Assembly (NCBI GenBank): GCA_017610205.1 | Contig: JAFCCL010000008.1 | Span: forward strand, 29,932 to 93,931 | DNA: 64,000 bases | Direction of reading: 5' to 3' | DNA from: Candidatus Iainarchaeum sp. | GTDB taxonomy: Archaea > Iainarchaeota > Iainarchaeia > Iainarchaeales > GCA-2688035 | Shown here: positions 10,355-18,593 of the stretch, piece after piece | How the letters are laid out: each line of letters begins with the position of its first letter | Position numbering within the stretch: the stretch's first letter is position 1 | The notes under the pieces: generated by a model | Seen by the model: the letters and a program-made list of their open reading frames with translations, nothing else | What the model was told of the DNA's origin: nothing | The model's database searches: none | Position numbers and translations under genes: made by a program

Positions 10355-10393
10355 TCAAGAGAACTAATATCAAGAGCAGCATGGAATGAATGG
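10355..10393 (+). repeat. Dispersed 39-bp direct repeat, copy 2
   Basis: TCAAGAGAACTAATATCAAGAGCAGCATGGAATGAATGG; matches 5173-5211. Confidence 0.9.
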
Positions 10394-10455
10394 GTTGATT
10401 TTGTTCTAATTGGACCTTTGTAGGTTAATTAAATGTTTTGTATGGAAATTAATTC

Positions 10456-11181
10456 ATGCTTAGCTATAAGGATTTTGTTAAAAGGTTGAATGAAATCAAA
10501 TCTCGTGGTTGGATTAAAACACATCGCGCAGGTCCAACCGGAATCGGAAAAACGCTTGAGGACTTACTTGATATTGATGAAAACAACATTGCTGGTCCAG
10601 ACCATAAACATTTTGAGCTAAAATCAGCAAGAAAAAGCAGCCAGAGTATGTTAACACTCTTTACTAAAGCTCCTTTGCCAAAAAAGGCAAATGCGGATTT
10701 ACTGAGTAAATTTGGTTATGTTTCAGCTAAGGGCAACAACAAAAAGGAGATTCATACAACCGTTAACTGTCTTGAATTCAATAAACTTAAAGGACTGCCA
10801 GGTTTTAAGATTGAGGTGCGAGAAGATGAAGATAAAATGGTTCTTATTGATACAAGAAACAGTGTTCTTGGATACTGGGATAAACTTACTTTGAAAAGTG
10901 CTTTTGTGAAAAAATATCCTGCATTAATGTATGTCAAAGCAGATAGTCGAGGAACAGATAAAAACGAGGAATTTTTTTTCAATGAAGCGTATATGCTGAA
11001 GGGTTTTGATTTTGATAATTTTTTGGACCTGGTTGAAAAAGGAACAATAAAAGTTGATGTTAGAATAGGACAGTATAGTAGTGGAAAAAGCAAAGGTAAG
11101 ACACACGACCACGGAACAGGATTCAGAATAAAGCCTGAAAAGTTGGACTTGTGCTTTGGACAGAGGAAAAAAATAATATAA
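10456..11181 (+). CDS. MvaI/BcnI-family type II restriction endonuclease
   Basis: GIGKTLEDLLDIDENN...PD...ELKS, LTLFTK and HDHGTGFRI motifs; flanked by MTases. Confidence 0.88.
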   Translation: MLSYKDFVKRLNEIKSRGWIKTHRAGPTGIGKTLEDLLDIDENNIAGPDHKHFELKSARKSSQSMLTLFTKAPLPKKANADLLSKFGYVSAKGNNKKEIHTTVNCLEFNKLKGLPGFKIEVREDEDKMVLIDTRNSVLGYWDKLTLKSAFVKKYPALMYVKADSRGTDKNEEFFFNEAYMLKGFDFDNFLDLVEKGTIKVDVRIGQYSSGKSKGKTHDHGTGFRIKPEKLDLCFGQRKKII

Positions 11182-11233
11182 ACCATTTTTACGACAATGG
11201 CCAAAGTTTTTTGTTGATTAAAAAAGATTTGTT

Positions 11234-11947
11234 TTGGCTACTTTTTTAATGAGTGAGAACTATAGGAATGTAGATTGGCTTAGTAGTGTGTGGAGAATAA
11301 CCACTGAAAATCCATCTATTCAAAAGTTTAAATTAGACATATCTGCTGCGCATCCTGCTGCGTTCCCTGAAGAATTAGCCTATCGGTTGATTTATTTATA
11401 CAGCAAACCAGAAGATTTTGTTCTAGACCCTTTCTGTGGCATTGGCACAACCAACTTTATTGCTTTGAGCTTGAATAGAAAAACAATTGGTTATGATATT
11501 GAATCCAAATACATTGCAATTGCACAAAAACGATGTAAAGAACAAGCAAGACTTTTTTGTAAATCATCTGAAAGCATGAATGAATTAGCACCTAATAGTA
11601 TTCAACTCTGCATTACAAGTCCGCCTTATTTAAATGCCAGAATTTATTCTACCAATTCAAATAATATTGGAAACATGGCTAATCCAATACCTTCATTAAA
11701 ACAAATTTTTCAAGAAGTATACAGAGTGCTAAAACCTAAAGGGTATTTTTGTCTGAATGTAGCAAATATTGCTGAGCACGGCTATCTCAAAACTTTTCCT
11801 TTTGACCTGATTAATCTATGCATGGATGCAGGGTTCAAGTTTAGAAGTAGTGTCATATGGGACAAAGGAATAAAAATAAAGGAATGGAATCTTAGGTATA
11901 ATGAAGTAGCAGAAAATCACGAGTATGTTTGGATATTTAAAAAGTAA
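11234..11947 (+). CDS. Small amino (N4C/N6A) DNA methyltransferase with permuted motif order
   Basis: HPAAFPEEL and VLDPFCGIGTT precede ITSPPY, EVYRVLKPKG and HEYVWIFKK. Confidence 0.85.
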   Translation: MATFLMSENYRNVDWLSSVWRITTENPSIQKFKLDISAAHPAAFPEELAYRLIYLYSKPEDFVLDPFCGIGTTNFIALSLNRKTIGYDIESKYIAIAQKRCKEQARLFCKSSESMNELAPNSIQLCITSPPYLNARIYSTNSNNIGNMANPIPSLKQIFQEVYRVLKPKGYFCLNVANIAEHGYLKTFPFDLINLCMDAGFKFRSSVIWDKGIKIKEWNLRYNEVAENHEYVWIFKK

Positions 11948-11985
11948 AAAAAACAGATTCTGGTTATTTTGTGCTATTTTTAGTA

Positions 11986-12171
11986 TTAATCTAGAACAGG
12001 GCAAGTTCTGCATTGTTTACAATTTTTATCTGGTTTTTCAGGACAATCGGGATACAAACCTTTGCAATTTGGAAATCCCGCCGATTTTGCGCTTTCAATT
12101 GTTTTCTCAGCATCTGTTTTAATCGTGTTGTAAATTTTTCTCCGTTCTCTTTCGCTACTATAATAAGTCAT
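11986..12171 (-). CDS. Small Cys-rich hypothetical protein
   Basis: Starts 6 bp after the MTase stop, with a GGTGA RBS; CKGLYPDC...CKQCRTCP. Confidence 0.6.
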   Translation of the reverse strand: MTYYSSERERRKIYNTIKTDAEKTIESAKSAGFPNCKGLYPDCPEKPDKNCKQCRTCPVLD

Positions 12172-12177
12172 ACATTT

Positions 12178-13413
12178 TCACCGTTTCAATAGTACAATAT
12201 GTTCCTCATTCATTGTTGAAGAAAGAACCCCTGGTTTGTTTGTTGGGCTATTAACCCTTGGCATTCTTTTTGAAGGGATGTGTCTAATACTTGTCTTGTC
12301 ATGGTTGAAGTTGAATTCTTTAAATAATTCTATAATAATTTTGTCCATTGGTATTTTTACTCCTTTGACAGTTCTATTGCCCACCACAAAACACATTCTT
12401 GAATTGTCTTTCATAATACGATTTATTTCTTCAGCTGCTTTATAGAAATCTGAAAAAAAACCTAATACATCTCTTGCTCTTTTTTCATCTTCTTTTGATA
12501 TTGTTGAAATTGTTGTATCAAGTATTTTTGAGGGTAAAGAATGTGTGAGTACTTTTGGAGCTATTCCGCCCATCATTACATTATCCATGCGCTTTGCTTT
12601 TTTCTCATCACATCCAAGCCATTGTGAACTTAATCTACTGAATTGCCCATAAGCTACTGTGGTTCTACTGTCTCCGTAAGGTGGGGATGTTACTAGTAAA
12701 TCAGTTGAAGATGTCCAAATTTTTGTTTTTTTGGTAAGGTCTGCTTCTATTATATTCACAGAGGGGCTTTTGTTTTTTTGTAAGGCATTGTATAAACATT
12801 CCATTGCTTGTCGATTTTTCTCAAAGACTGTTTGAAAAATTAGTTTGGCATCAGGAGCATAATTTTTCAGTTTTTCTTCTTTAATACGGTAAAGTTTGAA
12901 TTCACCGCCTCTGGTATTGCTTGCCTTTCTAACAGTTTCACTAAAGCAAACTAAAAAGAAATCTCGTATTTTCTTATCCTTAATTTCATCAATTGCTTGC
13001 TTTATTGCTGTTAATGCTAATTTTGCTTCTTCTTTGAACCAAAAATCAATATTAAAAAAAACCGGTGGTTGAATTTTTTTCTCATTACTGAGGTGATAAA
13101 TTTTGGGTTTTAAGTTCATCCACGTCTCAAAAAGACTTGAAGGTTTTACTGGTGTTGTTTTGACTTTACTAATAAGTGTGGCTAAAGGATTTATATCGAC
13201 ACCATAACTTTTAATTCCTGCTAACTTAAATTCCAATAGAACACTTCCTGAACCACAAAATGGATCAAGACCAACTTTGGCACTAGTACTATTTTCTTTA
13301 ATTAGTCTTTTTGCTACTTGCGGAATCATCATTGCGGGATAAGTGTGTATGCCATGAGTGTAATATTTTGTATTTGCTTTAGCAAAATCCCAACTATGAT
13401 CAATTTTTTTCAT
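12178..13413 (-). CDS. N4-cytosine DNA methyltransferase, M.MvaI-like
   Basis: THGIHTYPAMMIPQV, DPFCGSG, VTSPPYGDS, VVGNRTV. Confidence 0.9.
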   Translation of the reverse strand: MKKIDHSWDFAKANTKYYTHGIHTYPAMMIPQVAKRLIKENSTSAKVGLDPFCGSGSVLLEFKLAGIKSYGVDINPLATLISKVKTTPVKPSSLFETWMNLKPKIYHLSNEKKIQPPVFFNIDFWFKEEAKLALTAIKQAIDEIKDKKIRDFFLVCFSETVRKASNTRGGEFKLYRIKEEKLKNYAPDAKLIFQTVFEKNRQAMECLYNALQKNKSPSVNIIEADLTKKTKIWTSSTDLLVTSPPYGDSRTTVAYGQFSRLSSQWLGCDEKKAKRMDNVMMGGIAPKVLTHSLPSKILDTTISTISKEDEKRARDVLGFFSDFYKAAEEINRIMKDNSRMCFVVGNRTVKGVKIPMDKIIIELFKEFNFNHDKTSIRHIPSKRMPRVNSPTNKPGVLSSTMNEEHIVLLKR

Positions 13414-13701
13414 AGAAACACACCTATCAATATAATTAACTTCAGATTAAATGTTTTTTGGAAGAGGGGGTTTCCGCTAAACATTTTTAAACCACTCCCA
13501 TCCCGATCATCATTCCAACCATCAACACCACCGCATACTTCCCTACCTTATAGGCCCAGTCATTCCAGCCGTACATATAGAAAACTGCTACATAACCGAC
13601 TGCTAACCAAGAAAAAAGATGAAGCCAGGGGAAAAGGTCGGAAGGCATTTTGTGTCACTTCATATAATATGAATAATATGTATTATAAAAGTTCTTTTAA
13701 A

Positions 13702-13713
13702 CCTATGCATAGG
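13702..13713. promoter_or_regulatory. Palindromic operator CCTATGCATAGG
   Basis: Perfect 12-bp palindrome just after TTTTAAA and 11 bp before the RHH gene. Confidence 0.5.
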
Positions 13714-13724
13714 ATATGCATTGT

Positions 13725-13853
13725 ATGGGTGAAGGAAAATACATCAGAAAAACAATCACGATTAAATCAGCGCAGGAAAAGTATATTCAAGATAAATCAA
13801 TAAACCTAAGCAGGTTTGTTCAGAAAAAGATTGATGAGGAAAGGAAAGGTTGA
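13725..13853 (+). CDS. Ribbon-helix-helix micro-protein (42 aa)
   Basis: Manual translation MGEGKYIRKTITIKSAQEKYIQDKSINLSRFVQKKIDEERKG, a beta-strand/helix/helix pattern with an NLS motif. Not in the ORF track. Confidence 0.7.
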   Translation: MGEGKYIRKTITIKSAQEKYIQDKSINLSRFVQKKIDEERKG

Positions 13854-13860
13854 TGGATGT

Positions 13861-15186
13861 ATGGTTACAACTAAGATAATCTTTTTAACAGATCTTAATG
13901 TAAACACGGAAAATTCGCGCTTTGACCCATTAACAAGTCAGAAAGAAGCTATTGATAAAATGATTGAGAATCAAGGCGATAAACTTTATAATCTGGCAAA
14001 GGACATCGCGCAATATGGTCTCAATCCAAATGTAAGGGCACAAGTCACCGCTATTGATAAAGATGCGACGAAGTTTATTGTTCTTGAAGGGAATAGAAGA
14101 ATTGTCACATTAAAACTTATGGCAAATCCAGATATAATAGATACTCCAGTAAGAAGCACACTAAAAAAGAAGTTTCAGAATCTTCACAATAAGATTAAAG
14201 ACAATTTGATAGACAAAGTAGAATGTAACTATTATGCTGACCCCAAAGATGCAGAACATTGGATTGGCATTAAACATGGTTATGGCCCACAAGGAGTAAG
14301 TACTGTTAAATGGGATGCTTGGCAAAAAACTCGCTATGAAGAGTCTATTGGTGGAAAATCTAAGATTGTTTTTCAGACTATTAAACTGCTAAAAGATTCT
14401 CCCTATATCTCTAAAAAAATAAAAAATGATATCCCAAATATAAAATTAACAAACTTGCATAGATTAGTTTCAGATCCTTCTGTGAGAGATTTTTTAGGTT
14501 TAGAATATAGTAAAGGTATTCTCAAATCAAAAATTGATGAGAAAGAGTTAATGAAAGGATTAGCAAAAGTTGTAGAAGATTGCGCAAATCCAAAATTTAC
14601 AGTAAATGATATATACACTAAAAAAATTCGGAAAGATTATATTGATAGTTTTCCTGCTGAAAGTACTCCTAATAAAGATAAAAAAATTGATGGTAAGTCA
14701 ACTTCTGCAAAATCAAAAAAAACTAGAAAAAAAGCGCCCTATAGAACAAAATTAATTCCAGGCTCTTGTAAACTGTCTGTTAGTAACCCCAAAATTAATT
14801 CTATTTATGATGAATTACAAAAATTAAATATTGAGACTTACCAAAACGCTGTTTCGGTATTATTTAGAGTCTTTATTGAATTGAGCCTGGACACTTTCCT
14901 AGAAAATAAAAAAATGATAGAGGGTGTATCAGCAGCAAAAGAAAGATTGACACTTAACAAAAAGCTCATTAAAGTATTAGGTTATCTGACTGATAAGGGT
15001 TTTATAGATGCCACTATTAGTAAAGGCATTAGAGTAGCGGTGAGCAATAAGGATCATTTGTTAGGAATTGACACTTGGCATGCTTATGTCCACAGCAACC
15101 AATTTTCAGCAACCCCAAAAGATTTAATTACCACCTGGGGCAACATCCAAATTTTTGTAGAAAAAGTTTGGGAAAACATTAAGTGA
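13861..15186 (+). CDS. ParB/Srx-like N-terminal domain protein with a HEPN-like C-terminus
   Basis: ENSRF...LAKDIAQYGL...IVLEGNRRIVTLK (ParB-like); AVSVLFRVFIELS...WHAYVH (HEPN-like). Confidence 0.7.
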   Translation: MVTTKIIFLTDLNVNTENSRFDPLTSQKEAIDKMIENQGDKLYNLAKDIAQYGLNPNVRAQVTAIDKDATKFIVLEGNRRIVTLKLMANPDIIDTPVRSTLKKKFQNLHNKIKDNLIDKVECNYYADPKDAEHWIGIKHGYGPQGVSTVKWDAWQKTRYEESIGGKSKIVFQTIKLLKDSPYISKKIKNDIPNIKLTNLHRLVSDPSVRDFLGLEYSKGILKSKIDEKELMKGLAKVVEDCANPKFTVNDIYTKKIRKDYIDSFPAESTPNKDKKIDGKSTSAKSKKTRKKAPYRTKLIPGSCKLSVSNPKINSIYDELQKLNIETYQNAVSVLFRVFIELSLDTFLENKKMIEGVSAAKERLTLNKKLIKVLGYLTDKGFIDATISKGIRVAVSNKDHLLGIDTWHAYVHSNQFSATPKDLITTWGNIQIFVEKVWENIK

Positions 15187-15190
15187 TTTT

Positions 15191-16039
15191 ATGGGTGTTT
15201 ATTCTCCGTTAAGATATCCGGGTGGAAAGGGAAAAATTTCGCCTTATTTTAAACAAATTATAAAGGATAATTTGTTGTTTGATGGGGTTTATGTTGAGCC
15301 CTATGCAGGTGGCGCGGCTGTTGCTCTTTCGTTGCTTTTTGATGAATATGTTTCTAAAATAATAATTAATGACATTGATCGTTCAATCTATGCTTTTTGG
15401 TATTCAATTCTAAATGAAACCGAGAAGTTTTGTAAACTTATACAAAAAACACCCGTAACTATTGGTGTTTGGAAGAAACAGAAAAAAATACAAACTTTTA
15501 AGAAAAAATGTGGTCTGCTCGAACTTGGATTTTCAACTTTTTTTTTAAATCGAACTAATCGCTCAGGAATTTTAAACGCAGGTGTTATTGGCGGATTAAA
15601 ACAAGCGGGTGAATGGAAAATTAATGCGCGATATAATAAAAAAGAACTGATAAGGCGTATTAAAAAAATTTCTTTGTATAAAAACCAAATCCAATTATAT
15701 AATTATGATGCTTCAAAATTAGTTAAATTGCTTTGTAAAACTCTTCCAAAGAACACTTTATTTTATTTTGACCCGCCTTACTATATCAAAGGTAAAAATC
15801 TTTATCTAAATCATTATGCCTATAATGACCACAAAGAAATTGCTAAGGATATCCATGCTTTAAAAAACCAAAAATGGATACTAACCTATGACAATGTAAA
15901 ACCAATTAAAGAATTATATCTAGCTTATCGACAAAAAAAATACAACCTACACTATAGTGCGGGAAAGTCAGAAACTGGACGAGAATTGATGATTTTTTCA
16001 AATAATTTATCCATCACAAAGAATCCAATATTAGCTTGA
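15191..16039 (+). CDS. Dam-like (D12 class) DNA adenine methyltransferase
   Basis: SPLRYPGGK, VEPYAGGA, INDID, FFLNRTNRSG, YFDPPYY. Confidence 0.93.
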   Translation: MGVYSPLRYPGGKGKISPYFKQIIKDNLLFDGVYVEPYAGGAAVALSLLFDEYVSKIIINDIDRSIYAFWYSILNETEKFCKLIQKTPVTIGVWKKQKKIQTFKKKCGLLELGFSTFFLNRTNRSGILNAGVIGGLKQAGEWKINARYNKKELIRRIKKISLYKNQIQLYNYDASKLVKLLCKTLPKNTLFYFDPPYYIKGKNLYLNHYAYNDHKEIAKDIHALKNQKWILTYDNVKPIKELYLAYRQKKYNLHYSAGKSETGRELMIFSNNLSITKNPILA

Positions 16040-16089
16040 CCTTGGTTTTCTAACAGATTATGACTTTTCTTCTTAGACAACAACCCAAA

Positions 16090-16860
16090 TCACGTTGCTT
16101 CTATATCAACAAAAAATTCTGCAAAGACTGCAGATTGTGAAGTTGATATTTTTCCTGAAACATTACAATCATTTGTAACATCGAGATTTTGTTTTTCTAT
16201 TTCAAAATGAAACGCTTTAAATTCACCACTTTTCAGTAGCTTCCCTTCAACACCCTTTATATATTGATTGCCAGTAGGTTCTGAAAAATCTCCTTTTATG
16301 TTCCCACCAAGACAATTTAAGTAAACATCAAAATTTGGTTTCCTTGCGGGAATTTGCAATATTAATGGCTGTTGCCCAGTGTTATAAACACGAATTATAC
16401 CCTCAACTTTGTCGTTTACAGATGAGGTAATAAGTTTTCCATCTTTAGTTAAATCTCGCTCAAACACTGCTTCTAATCGCGGATGTAAATAAGCTGTTTC
16501 TTCAGTTACTTTACTTAAGTCATTAGTAGCCAAAACTAAGCCTATAGTTGCAACTATTAAACCAATAGCAAAAATCACTTGAAAAATGCTAATAATAGTC
16601 TGCTTAGATGACTGCTTGAGCTGTTTCTCTAAAATCCTTCGATGTATTTCAAAACGATAAACTTCAGCATCTAATCCACTTTTGTTAGCAAGTGAATAAA
16701 CTTGTAATAGTTCTTTATCACTTAGTTCAATAGCAGATTTAGCTAACAAATCAGCATACTCTAACCCTATAATACCACCTTTTTCAACTACTGGCTTTTT
16801 CTTTTTGTTAATATCGGCTTTCTTTGCGAAATGCTTTTGCCAAGGTTCTGAATGTGCCAT
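16090..16860 (-). CDS. Single-pass membrane protein with a beta-rich C-terminal domain
   Basis: Central TM helix; IRVYNTG motif typical of Ig-like folds; GTGA RBS. Confidence 0.65.
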   Translation of the reverse strand: MAHSEPWQKHFAKKADINKKKKPVVEKGGIIGLEYADLLAKSAIELSDKELLQVYSLANKSGLDAEVYRFEIHRRILEKQLKQSSKQTIISIFQVIFAIGLIVATIGLVLATNDLSKVTEETAYLHPRLEAVFERDLTKDGKLITSSVNDKVEGIIRVYNTGQQPLILQIPARKPNFDVYLNCLGGNIKGDFSEPTGNQYIKGVEGKLLKSGEFKAFHFEIEKQNLDVTNDCNVSGKISTSQSAVFAEFFVDIEAT

Positions 16861-16958
16861 CTCAAATCACTTATTTTATCCTATGAAATTCCTTTAAATT
16901 TGTCTTTTTCTCAAATCCCGACCCGCGCCCAATTCTCTGGGTCTGTGTTAAGGTAATC

Positions 16959-17237
16959 TCACTTAAACATTCTTTTCAGCTTTTGCCACAGCGAAGGCTT
17001 GTCAATTTTTGCAAAGAATTCTTTGCGTTCTTTTTCTCTTTGTAGTTTGAATTCATCACCATAACCTTCATAAGGAACAGGTTCAGGTTTGTTAGGCTTT
17101 TTTTCTTTCTTAAACTTACTGCCTATTTTGGCGTGTCTTCCAAACTTTTTGGTAAGTAGTTTGTCTTCTTCTTCGTCTGGGTCGTCAACAAAATCGAAAC
17201 GTCCTCCAGTTATTCTACGGCTACCCATCCAAATCAC
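16959..17237 (-). CDS. Hypothetical protein
   Basis: Overlaps the upstream gene (GTGA), charged 92 aa. Confidence 0.55.
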   Translation of the reverse strand: MIWMGSRRITGGRFDFVDDPDEEEDKLLTKKFGRHAKIGSKFKKEKKPNKPEPVPYEGYGDEFKLQREKERKEFFAKIDKPSLWQKLKRMFK

Positions 17238-17425
17238 TTCCCTATTTCTTCAAATCTCCTCATGGCTTCTAAAAGAAGCACTATTGCTAAAGAACCAATT
17301 GTTATGCCTGCAACAAGATAAGAATCGAGAGATATTTGTGCTGTTATAATCAGAAGTGCTTCAACACCTAAGCCCAAACCAATTGCTCCAAAGATAGCAA
17401 GTCTAATACTTTTAATTTTATTCAT
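17234..17425 (-). CDS. Small two-TM membrane protein
   Basis: Two hydrophobic helices, AGGAG RBS. Confidence 0.6.
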   Translation of the reverse strand: MNKIKSIRLAIFGAIGLGLGVEALLIITAQISLDSYLVAGITIGSLAIVLLLEAMRRFEEIGK

Positions 17426-17519
17426 TTAATTGTTATCTCCTTGACTAATTTTGCTACAAAATCCCTTTAAATTTGCGTTTTCCCAAAAACCCAGTCCATA
17501 CCCTACATACCAAATTTTA

Positions 17520-18410
17520 TTAATAAACACCTAATACAGTTTGCTTCTCCGAATTGATTATACTTTTAGGAAAACAATTAATTCGGCGATATAAACTATA
17601 GGTGTTGTTACTCAATCGTTTAAATCGATCTTCTAGCCCTTTTTTAGAAATATACCTTACTGATTTTAGCAAGACCATATTTTTTTGAAGAATGTCTTCA
17701 ACAAAAGGTATTTTGTTAACTATTTGAGGCAGTATTTCGCGATAATCTCCCACCATTGCGCAATCATTTAGAAATCTATAGTGGCATTTTTCTCTAATTC
17801 GTCTTAATTCGTTTAACTGAGTCAAATCTACACTTGGTAATTCTACTCCGTTTTTTGTTAGTCCCTCAAAAGTAAAGAATAGGTTTTGGTGCCAACGACC
17901 TGTTTTACCTACTTTAAGATCGTCATTTATAAAACTCTTTTTCTTTTTTAATTCCCAGTCTTCTTTTTGGCGAACAAGAAAATAATCTTCATTTTCGGTG
18001 TCTCCCCTTAAGGAAATGCAGCCAAATAACGAGAACATGGAAATTAGAGAAGTTATTGCCGCATAATAAAGTGTTGGCCCACTTGTCCCAATTGCATAAT
18101 TTAGAAGAAATTTTTTCCCAATCCGGTCTCTCGAACAAGAAGCATTGAGAATTTCTAAACTTCCCCAAAACTTATTTATTGCTTCATTCAATTGGTGATT
18201 ACTTCTAGAAAATGAAAATACTGTAAAAAATTCCTGATTCGCTTTTGAGAAATTTTCTGTGGTTTTATTCTCGGAATCAAATGACAATATTCGTCCTACT
18301 CCTCTATTTATGCTTGAAGAACTGCCACGTTCCCAGTCCCAATAGTTCTGGTGCTCTAACGACTCAAAAAGTTTCTTTATTTCTTCGACTTTTTTAGGGT
18401 ATACTGGCAT
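17520..18410 (-). CDS. HEPN-like domain protein
   Basis: LYYAAITSL...WHQNL...LNELRRIREKCHY resembles the HEPN helices and the Rx4-6H motif. Confidence 0.5.
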   Translation of the reverse strand: MPVYPKKVEEIKKLFESLEHQNYWDWERGSSSSINRGVGRILSFDSENKTTENFSKANQEFFTVFSFSRSNHQLNEAINKFWGSLEILNASCSRDRIGKKFLLNYAIGTSGPTLYYAAITSLISMFSLFGCISLRGDTENEDYFLVRQKEDWELKKKKSFINDDLKVGKTGRWHQNLFFTFEGLTKNGVELPSVDLTQLNELRRIREKCHYRFLNDCAMVGDYREILPQIVNKIPFVEDILQKNMVLLKSVRYISKKGLEDRFKRLSNNTYSLYRRINCFPKSIINSEKQTVLGVY

Positions 18411-18593
18411 ATAGTATTCCTCTCTAGAAAAGTTTAAAGTTGCTTGGAAAAAATATTTAGAGTTATTGAGTTGCGAGGGACGCCTTATCTTCTATTAACA
18501 TCACCGGCCAATGTGCCAATTCCAATTTTATTTTTTTTATTTTTTTTGTTTGCAGTTAATCACTTTTAATACTTTTCAGGGGTTAATTTTTTC

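Noticed and set aside
13318-13803. 161-aa plus-strand ORF
   Set aside because: It overlaps the MTase antisense and the better-supported RHH micro-gene in another frame.
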